Below are positions 38,386 through 50,900 of a DNA stretch of 64,000 bases, piece after piece. The notes below the pieces were generated by a model. It saw only the letters and a program-made list of their open reading frames with translations. It was not told the DNA's origin and made no database searches. Position 1 is the first letter of the stretch, and the number at the start of each line of letters is the position of its first letter. A program made the translations under genes and the position numbers. Origin of the DNA: Macrostomum lignano (lineage: Eukaryota); the NCBI GenBank assembly GCA_002269645.1, contig NIVC01002086.1:68917-132916 (forward strand), written 5' to 3'.

Positions 38386-38805
38386 TTTGGGATTATACTT
38401 TTGGCTTAGGATTTTGAGAGCTGACATACAAAGAAATGTTGATTTAAAGTTTCCCACTAAAAATGTCTCCAACAGTTAGTGTTAGAGCTTCATCATCGCC
38501 CATCTTCCGCCTAGGATGCCTCATAGGAGAACAAAGACAGCCAAGCACAAAGGCTCAAATAAGAGTCATGAATTCCGTTGAGCCAGGGAGCGGGCCTGCA
38601 CAGGTTGAGGCGGAGCTGCGCGGGGGTTTTGAGCAATGAGCTCAGACCGACTCGAACCCCCGAGCCAATAGCATCTGAGGGCGGCAGCCAATGGCATACC
38701 GACTGCTTCGATGGGAGAGCGGGGATCTTTGTTAAACCTGGGGATCAGAATTATATATACAAGACTGTAGCGGCAGTCGATATAGAATGAGTTGCGGCCT
38801 ACACC

Positions 38806-39564
38806 ATGGAGCTTTGCGGCGGTCACCGGCATCAGCTTCATCACCATCAGTACGCCTACGCATTTTATCACCCGTTTCTACAGCCAGCAGCCGCCTCTAC
38901 TAGTAGCAGCAACGGCAACACGTTCAATTGGCATTGGCCGCTGTTGCCGCCGCCAACACAGCCGGCGCCGCTGTCCTTGCTTCCTCAGCCTCAGCCTCAG
39001 CCTCAGCCTCAGCCTCCCAGAGAACACCATCCGCAGTCCCCGTCAGGCAGCGATTCCGCCATAGCAGCCGCTGAGCTGGCCGAAATTCGCCAGGCTCTCG
39101 CCAGAATCCCCAACCGTATCGGCGAGTTCGTCTGCCGGCTGTGCGAAGTTCGCTACGAGGACGCCGTGGCTCTGGCCGGACACACCTGTCCGAGACTGCT
39201 GGCGGCCGAGCATCGCTGTCCGGAATGCGACAAAGCCTTCAGCTGTCCGGCCAACCTGGCCAGCCACCGGCGCTGGCACAGCAAGCCGAAGTCGCCGACA
39301 GCGGCAACACCGGCGGGCCAGCAGCGTCATCAGTCAGCATCCAGCACGTCGGCGAGCACCCCGCCAGCTGCGGTTCCTCGCGCCGGCGTCGCCTCCTTCG
39401 ACATGGAGTCGCTGCTGCGCCATCGGAGCCAGGCGTCCGGCTTTGTCTGCGACGCCTGCTTTCGCGGCTTCAAGCGGAAGGTGAACCTGAAGAAGCACCT
39501 GCCAGTGTGCGGAGCCAACAATGCCAGTCATAAGAGGCGTTCGCCTACTGTCAGTAGTAAATAA
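38806..39564 (+). CDS. INSM1: INSM1/IA-1 (nerfin/EGL-46) family zinc-finger transcription factor, 252 aa, single coding exon
   Basis: IPNRIGEFVCRLCEVRYEDAVALAGHTCPRLLAAEHRCPECDKAFSCPANLASHRRWH matches the INSM family signature (GEFICQLC..HKC..YRCPEC.KVFSCPANLASHRRWH). A third finger FVCDACFRGFKRKVNLKKHLPVC follows. Good Kozak context accATGg, with an in-frame stop upstream. Confidence 0.9.
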   Translation: MELCGGHRHQLHHHQYAYAFYHPFLQPAAASTSSSNGNTFNWHWPLLPPPTQPAPLSLLPQPQPQPQPQPPREHHPQSPSGSDSAIAAAELAEIRQALARIPNRIGEFVCRLCEVRYEDAVALAGHTCPRLLAAEHRCPECDKAFSCPANLASHRRWHSKPKSPTAATPAGQQRHQSASSTSASTPPAAVPRAGVASFDMESLLRHRSQASGFVCDACFRGFKRKVNLKKHLPVCGANNASHKRRSPTVSSK

Positions 39565-42500
39565 TTTATCGTGAATTATTGTTTTTTGTTGTTTTACTAA
39601 ATCTGCATACATCCTAGTATATTTTTCTAAACATTTTTGTACAGACAGTTTTATTATCTTTTTCTCAGAACGCATTTCTCTTTTACCGCTAAATGTATTA
39701 AGCTGTTAATAAAAGTTTACGTATAGTTTTGCGCTTGCTATTTTTTCTATTGCTTTATCTCTACTCTATGCTATGCTGCCAAAAAAGTTTGCGCGCACGG
39801 ATAAGTATTTCATTTTGTAACTAAATGTTACAGCCATTAAAAACTATCACTCTTTTCAGTACACATTTTGTTCAATTTTGTACATATTCGCGCTATATAT
39901 GTTACTACTGTATCCTAAATAAGTAGTCTATCTAGTTAGTGCCGGTTACTTCTTAATGGATCTAAATTTACGCGCAACAACAGCTGCAATAAATTGAGTG
40001 GCCATTATGAAGTACTAGCGGTTGTAAATACCTTTACATTGATGTAAATTATGTTTTTAATAAGCTAATTTCTTTGTGCATTTTAACAGCTCCTTTTATT
40101 TGGTGAATTTGTTGAAAATGTAACTGTAAATACACGATGTACATGTAAATAGCATTTTTAGCTTCATGTTTCAAGCAAGCTGTAATTTGATTTCTGTTCC
40201 ATCTATTCTACGCGTATAATCAATGCTATTGAAGAGTAAGCAGTGGTGTAGGTTAGGGTTTGCTCATGTAGATTATGGGCTAAGCCCCTGGTGCTGACCC
40301 CACGGTGAGTTAGATTATTGAGAAGCATCCCGGCCGCACAACATTCCAACATAACGCGACTTGCATAAATTCATCCTCGACAGAAGCCTTTATGACAAAT
40401 GGGTGTACTTTTACAGGTAATTTTACATATACATATACTTTGCGTCAAAGGATGCCGACGGATTTTAAATCGCTTAGCACTCTGCAAAGCCTCCCACAGA
40501 TTGGAGATGGGAGATGTCATGGTCAGCCCCGAACTCAAAGCTGCATGGTATCAAGACATGTGCCGAGAATGTCTCTGCTGGGAAAAGAGAAACCGGAGAT
40601 CCGCTGCCATTAGCAATCTAAGCAAGCTAATCCGCTGCCATAGCAATCCAAGCAAGCTAATCCGCTGCCATGCATAACTCGGGTTTAATTTTGACTATAT
40701 AAGAAGGGGGGCTCTTGCTAACTAATTTCTATTAGCTGTCAATCTCGAAGTCTTAGCCGATAAAAAGAGACACTGCTGGAACGTGGCGAGTCTCCATAAA
40801 CTAAACCGCTTGATGCACGTACGATCACACAATTGTTTTCTTTTGGCCTGAAATATGTCAATTCTTAAACTATCAAAGACAGAATTAACTATCAAAGCCT
40901 TCAAGAGATTTCCTAGATTAACTCTTATTAAATGTAACTCATTAAGCCTTCGCCGTTTTTATAAATGGCCATTCCGGATGGAATGATTTGCATGATTTCA
41001 AGAGGCATTTGGTCGACCGCCACTACTAGCTGAACAGAAAAAAAACTTCTCTCTATCGGATTTGGATTTCCTTTTAAATTCATAATAAAAAACTCCCATT
41101 TTCACCATTTGATGGATTTCGACCTTTCGGCCCCCTTGTGGGGAAGCCTTCGGGCCTCAGGTCTCAGAAATAAATCAATTAGAGTCCTGGCCCCCACTCC
41201 TGTCAGATGGTCAGCCCCATGGTAGCTTGATCGTGTGGCGAGCAGTCTAGGTCCTACAGCTAAGAGAGGGACAGCGAGAGACAAGCAGGGAGAATTTTGA
41301 AGGTAGAAATTAGCTAATCCGCAGATTAGCTAACTCGCTGCCACCAGCACGTACGTCCTGGCTCACCACACCGGGACTCTCGAAATCGGGCTTCCGACTA
41401 GAGGGGGCTTTACACTTACCTGCCAACTAGTGTCTTTTTGCTGTCAATCTCAAAGTCATAGCCGATGATAAGGGACATGCAGGTACAGAGGGGACTTGTG
41501 CAGGGGATTCTAGCGGTGGCGAGACTATGGGGTAGCTACATGTACTATTACATTGCTAAATACGAAGAATTGTACTTTTGGCCTTCAACGCGCCAACCAG
41601 CCTCTCCTAGCGCTGATGATAGACTAACTCAAACATCAGAGACCGCATGATTCATTACCCGAGCCGCTTGGCGAATCTAGAGTGCACAGAAGTACATCTC
41701 TAGCGCCGATTTTGCACTTTTGGCAATTTCGCTAACTGATTTGATAAATAGGTCGACTGAGAACTGCCTTGCCATTGGTCCACTGTGACCGGCGCCTACT
41801 AGCTTAGCTACTCATCTGAGCCATCGGCGAACGATGAAATAAAACCGATAAAAATGACTGCCAGATTTAACCTTCTCACTGAATCACTTCACACCTCAGA
41901 TTGAATGTTGGAGTTTCAGACTACTAGCAGTATTATTGAATGACTTCTGCCTCGATTACAGCACTACTGAACAAAATGAGCAAAAGTGTGCGCCTAATCC
42001 AGCTACTGAAATAGGGACAGATAAGGAATCACCCAATCAAGCAAGTCTAGGCAGCCTCTCACCCAACCAATCAGAAACTCAACAGCCGGAGAGACCAGGT
42101 AATCCACAGTGACCGAATCGGCTTAGTGCTTCGCAGCTGTAGGCCCGGGATGATGCTGATGTCACAATCTTCGCTGATAGCTAGCAGGTGATGCTCTTCA
42201 CTTTGATGTTCACGGCTGATGACCGGGGGATTCGTCCTTGATGATGATGGGGGGAAGTCGCAATCCGGGGATCAAGAAACGACGGTCAATTCCTGGCCGG
42301 TGGAGCCAAGGGTGCATGGCACCCGGTCGCAAGAAGGTTGCAGTCTGAGCGGGCTAAAAACACCGGTTTAAATAGCCGCCAACTGGACCGCAGTTTGTTA
42401 TAATGGAACACGTCGATTCTGATTGGCTGAGCCGATTTGTTAAAATGAGCGTCGAATTTTCTGATTGGATGAGCTAGTTGCCTCCCAAAATCACGTGACC

Positions 42501-45073
42501 GGGAGATCCTATCAGTTCCCACAGGGTCGTAAAAACATGACAAGTGCGGCCATAAATCACTCACAATCGCAACAAAATGATTTTTTATGACTTTTCGCGT
42601 AGAATTGACAAAATTAATGAAAAAAATATACATTAGAAAGCTCTTATTAAATAGAAAGTGAAGATAATGAAGAGAAATCGCTAATCGCTAATCCCAAAGT
42701 ACTTTTAGGGGTAAAACGAATAGCTGTCAAAGCTCTCACACGCTTGAGTGAACCCGAACAATAGGCTCTGACCTCATAAATCAGGCTGTGGCCTGTCAAA
42801 AATGACGAGAAAAAAGCTATCATTCGCATCCCCTCAGACCATCTGGCTCCCGCCTCAACACTGAGTGAGGCGCAGGTGGCTGTCAGACCAGCTTCGAAAG
42901 CGATGATTTATGACCCAAAAAGCTGCGCCTATGTTATTATGACTATACTAGTATGACCAAACATTATATCTAGTAGATTCTATGACAATTCGCAGAAAAA
43001 GGATAAAAATGCCCATTGCCCACTGTTAGTAGGCTAGTAAGTTTAGAGCCCATGTGCTAGCGCGGGATTTGGAAAAAAGTGCGTCCTCATCAAATTCAAG
43101 CTGTCTCGGAGGCGGAGCAACTGGTGCATGTGAACATGTTCAGTATATTGATTTGAACTTATAGCTGGAGCTCAAAATCAGCACTGATTGATAGATTAGC
43201 TCGGTAATGAGCCAATCGGGGGAGAACCAATTTTCAAATACATGCATGTACACAGTTTGACGCAAAAATTTACCTACATGCAGATATAGGTGTACCGTGA
43301 TATATTGAAATCGAAATCGGACCATAAACAGTTTGGACCTCTCGATGTACATGTACACAATTTGGCGAAATGAATCTCTAAAAAAATATAGTTATATTCA
43401 AAAAAGTACACACAATACAGATATAAATCTCAAAATTAATGAATAAAAAAGAACTCAGAACTAGAGTAGCCTACACAGGAGTAAGAGAACGAGATCAGGA
43501 CTCTCGAGACATGCAATTGGGACTGCGGTGTGGAGTATTTGCATGCGATCAGCGCTGATGAGAGAGCTTTGATATCGATCCTAATCAAGTTTCAGAGCCA
43601 AGAACCTGCTGTCCTTACAAACAATTTGACATTTCCAATGTGCTGCGACGTGAATAGTAAAGGAATACTTCTACATTACGGCTTCCGCCCACGTTCAGCC
43701 GACGTTAGTAGGAAGTACTTAATAGCTTACATGTACATGTATGTGCATGTATACGAAGCTGCATATACTATTGGTAGTCGCTGAGCTAGTGCTGTATATA
43801 TAATATGTACTCTAGAAACTTATAAATTCACGTAATTTCTTGTGCAGATAAGGTAAAAGAGTAAGTAACTACAGTACATGTTCATGTGCATTTCCGATTG
43901 CCGAGATAAACGAAACCAACGATATATTTTTCGTAATCGTCGGTCGGAAAATTCGATTTGATGTTTTTCCAAGAAAACAGTTTTACTTCGTCCGACGCCT
44001 AACTTAGCTTCATGATATGCCTTTATCCGTAATCCGTTGACCGTTTGGCCTACCGTACCTCAGCCTAACTTAGCTTTGAGACTGATAGAAACTAACAAAG
44101 AGCCTAAATTAAAGAGACTTTATGGCTTTGCCCTTATCTATTCATTATCTAAATATTGTAATGTACAATCGAATGGTCGAAAGTCATAAATAAGCTTGTC
44201 AATATTTTTAACTAGACTTAGGCCTGGGCTAAATGATACTTAAGTATTGATAACTAGTAACCTCTAAATTTATGATTAGCTATACAACCATATATATTCG
44301 AATTTTGTCCTTGACCTTTGGTCCTTTATTAATAGGCCTAAATAGTCCTATTTAGCTAGGCTTACCGCTTACTGCTTAATATGTTATATGTACAATGTAG
44401 GCAGGCAGACCAGGTAAGTATCCAGTCAATCCAGCAACTGGATGATCTGGCGACAGATAATTGAGTGACAGTCAAAACAGGAAATGGCAACAGTCAATGT
44501 GGTGATAAGGTGTAATAAAATGCTAAATTTGCTATTTGACATTTAAATGGATTAGAGGTTTTTTGTTATAATTGTTATAATTTTAATTACTATTAGTATA
44601 TTAATATTTTTTGTTATTTACTTTTAATGGGATATTTACAAAATATAGTTTCAATGATTGGAATATTGATGCATTCTCTAATTTTACTATGGGCTAGGCC
44701 TATACATTTACTTTAATTTTTTAGATAATTTTTAAATTATCTCATAAAGAAATAAAGAGTTTCTCTAATTAATACAAGTCTAATACAAGAGTTTCTCTTA
44801 AAGTATTGTAACTTAAGTTACCACTTTAAAAAAAGTAGAGCTTACGTTAGCCTAGTAACTTTATACAAAAAACCCAGTAACTTTTAAGTTACTATCTATT
44901 ACTTATTTCTAGTATTCCACCGTAGCCGTAGCTATAGCTATGGAATCCTACGGCAAATATGGTAAAATAGGTGCCTATGGCAGCTACAGATATGCCTATG
45001 GTAGCTAGCTGCTCTTATGGCTACGACTACAGAAATATGATAGTTTTTGTCATATTCCCTTAGCCATAATTAT

Positions 45074-45520
45074 TGAGGTAGGGGCGGAGAAAGCTGTTTT
45101 CTTGGAATGGGTCTATTTGAAATTAGTTGATGACACCAGTGAGGTAGGCGGATTTCACGTTTGAATTGCCACTGACATTGAGTTCGCATGAATTGAATCC
45201 GGAAAATTGCCCAGACAAATCACAATGAGACTCTTTCTCCTGATTTACTCCAACTGCTGGGGTCCTCAATTCCGGGGGAGGGTAGTCGTATTTGTAGCAG
45301 AGCGGTTGTGGAGCAGCAAGGTCGTTCAGTTGGTAGACACTAGAGATTTGACACCATAAAATTAATGTGTCCTTTTGTCAAACTTGCTACTTTCAGTAGG
45401 GTAGTTGCTGCCACCACTGTAATTTACGTATTACGGAACGTTGAATTCTTAGAGCTTTCTTTGAGATGAGAACTTTTGGTTTTTTTTATGCCCTATGGGC
45501 AAATGATTCAATAGAAAGCT
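45074..45520 (-). repeat. Conserved multi-hairpin module, copy 3
   Basis: Colinear with 17388-17830. Confidence 0.85.
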
Positions 45521-47734
45521 AAGGGCTTATGAATGAACTGTTAACTATTAAGTTGCAGTTTATTATTTGTTGTCAACAATTCAAGATAAATATCAAGAGG
45601 TTAAAGAGAGAGAGACAGCCTTATGGCAATATGAGATCTGGCATGCCGGATGCTAAATAAATATTAAGGTTTAATGTAACGCAAACGCAAGCAAGCAATC
45701 AAGAGGGAATAAAACCAATAAAGGAGAGCACAAGAGAGAAAGAGAGAGAGCAAGTGCATAAATCAAGCATCCACAACGCGGTATAAATATTAGTTTCTTC
45801 TTGCTAGAGGGCGGGGCACCTGGGATTCAATAGGTGGTAAATGGGTAGCCACCACTGGATTCCTCAACTGGCAGTAACTTAAAGCAATAAAGAAAAATAA
45901 AAACAGGGAAATAGCATCGCATGGGGCTGCTGTTGGTGCATAGCATGGAGACAAAACCAATTGGTGAGGCAGTGCACAGGCCATCAAGTGGCATGACATC
46001 AGAAAAATAATTCACAGGGCAACTCATGCAATATCAAATTTAAATTTAAATTCAAGCAAAATATTATGATGAAATTCACGCAAATATTTGGGAACTTAAG
46101 CAAATAATAAATGAACAAATTAATGGGGAGTTCACTGGGGGGCAAAAATAGATTAAACAAGGAAACTAAGATATTGCCTCTAAAAAATAAATTGCTTTGA
46201 AAAATATAAAATGAAATTTGACTAAATTGAATATAGATAGACAATTTCAAATGTACTTGGACAAAAGTAAAGAGTTTATAAAAGTTGTGTTAACAGATTG
46301 TCAATATGAATTAGAGTTTGACCAAAATGAAATAGAGTTTTGTTAGGCCTAATGCCAACAACATTTAGGCTTTCTTCCTTATACAAATTTGTGCTTGCTT
46401 TTGGTATTGAAAAAAGAGTTTGTCTAAAATGAATGTAGATTTATATGTAAAGAGCAAAAAGTTTCAAAGTTGAACTTCAATTGTCTAACTTGTCTAACTA
46501 GAATGAATTGGAGTTTAAATGAAATTGAAATAAAAATTATATGTGGCAAATATTTAGTGTAAATGAGTAACATTGTATGCTTATATAAGAGTTCATTGTA
46601 GCATATACTTGTCACTTTTAAAACTTAGGTATAATTAATAAGATTAGTGCTCATATATAATATGTATAGTAATTTGAAGTAATGAAAGATATATTGTATA
46701 ATTTTAAGTATTATATATTGTCTTTATTTTACCATGTTGCTTTAAATAGTTTTTTGGTAAAAAATAAATGATCTATATATCCTTTAAAATCTGTAAATAA
46801 TTGAAACAAGCACCTGAATTATAAGTACAAAAAGGAATCAAAGAGCTAATAAATATTTATATGATTGATATTTAGTGCTAGTAAAATTATTGCATTTTCA
46901 TTTTAACTAATAGGCAAATATTTCAAGGCTTATGCCTCATTAGAATTGATAAAGTGCTATGGTTCTTTTAGGAATTGCTAGGGCATCAAAGCTTATTAGG
47001 GAATAGCTGAGATATAAAAAAACTTGCAAGTGGATTCCTAAAATTCTATGGCTTTTATAGAGATTCCTTGAGATTTGAAAGCTATTAATAATGAATTTTT
47101 GCTAAAATGTTTTGGGTTATAGGGGTTGTATTTAATGTATAAATTAATGTAAAATATATAATAGAATTTAATATATTGTATATATAAAAGTCATTTATTC
47201 CTTTTTTTCTTTCTGTATTGCCTCTCACTGGATAACACAGATAGCTAGTCCATGATTAAACATGAATTCTATTAGATTTCAAAGTTATTTCTTGTCAATC
47301 TATAAACATCCTATAAAGAATTAAAACACACAGTTAACATGAATATATCTGAAATGCAAAAGTTGCTTGAAATAAACAAACCAGTTTAGACCTTCTAAAT
47401 AAGCATCCATGCTCTATAGCAAATTGTCTCAAATCTTCTAAACTTCTCAGACATTAGTAAATTAAAAACATTAGTTATTTGGAATTTGCTTAGTGAAATT
47501 TGATTTAATTCTCAAGAAAGTCATGTTTACAATGTGTTATAATTTAGCTTTAAGCGTGCATTAAAGGCATTGTTTTTAGGCCTTAATAAATATGAAAGGC
47601 AATAGCAAATCTGTAGTGGATTTTACTTGAATAGTTCACAACTAAATGTATATAAAGCCTGACACAAATATTGTTGACTTCATTAAATTTCAGAGCTTAC
47701 TTAAACCTTTCTAAAATATCACTAAAGAAGCAAG

Positions 47735-47944
47735 ATGAGCTGCGAAGTGTACAACCCTCAGCAACCAGCCAATCACTTCTCCCCATTCACCGTATTTGAG
47801 TCCACAATCAGCAATGCATCAATGCTGATTGAGTCTATGAGTGTCCGGGATCTTCTGCTAGCATTTCGCGTTGTTTCTCAATTAAGCAATCAACTTATTG
47901 AAGTGTTGGATCCTCGAGTTGTCCATCTGTCGGATGCTTTTGCT

Positions 47945-47985
<41 letters not shown>

Positions 47986-50900
47986 GCAGCAACAGCAGCG
48001 CTTATCCACCAGCAAGTCCTCTTGCGATGCCTCATCCGAATCCAATTCTTTAGCAGCCGCCATTGGCATCAAATTGGAAGGCGGTCCGGTGTCGTTTAAC
48101 TCACAGTCGTCATTTCCACAGGAGCGAGTGCAGCAGCAGCAGCAGCAGCAGCAGCAACATCATCAGTCGCCATCTTCGGCGCATTCTTTGCATCAGCGAT
48201 CGTCAAGTGGAGTTGTCATGCAGCACCAGCAGCATCAGCACAGCAGTTCAAGTGCTGGCAGTTCTACGGAACTTTCAACCGAATGCAAGGTGCGAGATTA
48301 TTGAATTGAAAATTTGATATTTAATGCCATTTTGTTTTCATACTTTCTGGGCACCATTTTTTAATATCTTGTTCAGTGAATTTTTGAATTCTAAAACTGT
48401 GCGCACTTGAATATCAAAGTGCCATTTTGAATATCAGAGTGCCATTTTGAATATCAGAGTGCCATTTTGAATATCAAAGTGCCATTTTGAATATCAGAGT
48501 GCCATTTTGAATATCAAAGTGCGATTTTGAATATCAAAGTGCGATTTTGAATACCATAGTGCCATTTTGAATATCAGAGTGCCATTTTGAATACCATAGT
48601 GCCATTTTGAATATCAGAGTGCCATTTTGAATATCAGAGTGCCATTTTGAATATCAAAGTGCCATTTTGAATATCAGAGTGCCATTTTGAATATCAAAGT
48701 GCCATTTTGAATATCAAAGTGCGATTTTGAATACCATAGTGCCATTTGAATACCATAGTGCCATTTTGAATATCAGAGTGCCATTTTGAATATCAGAGTG
48801 CCATTTTGAATATCAAAGTGCCATTTTAAATATCAGAGTGCCATTTTGAATATCAGAGTGCCATTTTGAATATCAAAGTGTCATTTTGAATATCAGAGTG
48901 CCATTTTGAATATCAGAGTGCCATTTTGAATATCAAAGTGCGATTTTGAATATCAAAGTGCGATTTTGAATACCATAGTGCCATTTGAATACCATAGTGC
49001 CATTTTGAATATCAGAGTGCCATTTTGAATATCAGAGTGCCATTTTGAATATCAGAGTGCCATTTTGAATATCAGAGTGCCATTTTGAATATCAGAGTGC
49101 TATTTTGAATATCAGAGTGCCATTTTGAATATCAGAGTGCCATTTTGAATATCAGAGTGTCATCTTGAATATCAGTGCCATTTTGAATATCAAAGTGCGA
49201 TTTTGAATATCAAAGTGCGATTTTGAATACCATAGTGCCATTTGAATACCATAAGTGCCATTTTGAATTCCAGAGTGCCACTTTGAATATCAGAGTGCTA
49301 TTTTGAATACCAGTTCCATTTTGAATATCAGAGTGCCATTTTGAATTCCAGAGTGCCACTTTGAATACCAGTTCCATTTTGAATATCAGAGTGCCATTTT
49401 GAATATCAGAGTGCCATCTTGAATATCAGAGTGCCATTTTGAATACCAGTTCCATTTTGAATATCAGAGTGCTATTTTGAATACCAGTTCCATTTTGAAT
49501 ATCAGAGTGCCATTTTGAATACCAGTTCCATTTTGAATATCAGAGTGCCATTTTGAATATCAGAGTGCTATTTTGAATACCAGTTCCATTTTGAATATCA
49601 GAGTGCCATCTTGAATATCAGAGTGCCATTTTGAATACCAGTTCCATTTTGAATATCAGAGTGCTATTTTGAATACCAGTTCCATTTTGAATATCAGAGT
49701 GCTATTTTGAATACCAGTTCCATTTTGAATATCAGAGTGCCATTTTGAATATCAGAGTGCCATTTCGAATTCCAGAGTGCCATTTTAATACCATAGTGCC
49801 ATTTTGAATATCAGAGTGCCATTTTGAATATCAGAGTGCCATTTTGAATATCAGAGTGCCATTTTGAATTCCAGAGTGCCATTTTAATAGCATAGTGCCA
49901 TTTTGAATATCAGAGTGCCATTTTAATAGCATAGTGCCATTTTGAATATCAGAGTGCCATTTTGAATTCCAGAGTGCCATTTTAATAGCATAGTGCCATT
50001 TTGAATATCAGAGTGCCATTTTGAATATCGGAGTGCCATTTTGAATGTCAGAGTGCCATTTTGAATATCAGAGTGCCATTTTGAATATCAGAGTGCCATT
50101 TTAATACCATAGTGCCATTTTGAATATCAGAGTGCCATTTTGAATATCAGAGTGCCATTTTGAATATCAGAGTGCCATTTTAATACCATAGTGCCATTTT
50201 GAATATCAGAGTGCCATTTTGAATATCAGAGTGCCATTTTGAATATCAGAGTGCCATTTTAAATACCATAGTGCCATTTTAATAGCATAGTGCCATTTTG
50301 AATATCAGAGTGCCATTTTGAGTACCAGAGTGCCATTTTGAATATCAGGGTGCCATTTTGAATACCATAGTGCCATTTTGAATATCAGAGTGCCATTTTG
50401 AATATCAGAGTGCCATTTTGAATATCAGGGTGCCATTTTGAATACCTTAGTGCCATGTTTAGTGCCCCAGCGGCAGTCTCATTAAAACAAATGAAAATTT
50501 CGAAATATTTTCATTTTTCAGGCTCTTCTCCGCCGCGCCTACCGGACCCTCAAAGACGAGCTGTCAAGCGATCTATTCGACTTCACTCTGCCATTCAGCG
50601 CTCGAGTTAACCTGACGGCGGCCGATCGAGTGATCGATCGAGCCAAACAGCTGGCCGGCCATCTGCCCTGCCATCCGGACGACTGGAATAGTGAGTGGCC
50701 TTGTTGAAAATTGAATTTTATACTGTAAAGAACGCTACCTTTTCAATTAAAACTACATATACTAGAATAACTATAGATAAGTTTAGAAGCCCATAGCTTG
50801 CAGGCATAAGCAGCTTGCTAATTGGTTCAGCAATAATGTACATTAGCCAGTCCACTGAAATGTACATGGCAGCTTTTGGCTGGAACAACCAAGTAAGCTA

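Noticed and set aside
38700-38760. GRAGIFVKP as a SNAG-like motif for the INSM gene
   Set aside because: It is not at an N-terminus, is out of frame with the INSM ORF, and its frame ends in a stop at 38790.
40380-40620. Exon-like FILDRSLYDKWVYFYR plus a downstream frame
   Set aside because: Needs a ~33-nt intron, cannot be extended, and no family was recognised.
41860-42240. Protein-like + strand frame with several stops
   Set aside because: Probably a TE remnant, but there is no recognisable motif to support a call.
42527-42945. Possible degenerate inverted-repeat element (gtcgtaaaaacatg..ggccataaatca vs its reverse complement near 42905-42945)
   Set aside because: The match is patchy and I could not define ends or a TSD.
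48405-50455. Regular arrays as a CRISPR locus (also 51335-51970, 52585-53450 and others)
   Set aside because: Units are head-to-tail with no unique spacers, no cas genes are present, and the context is eukaryotic and intronic.
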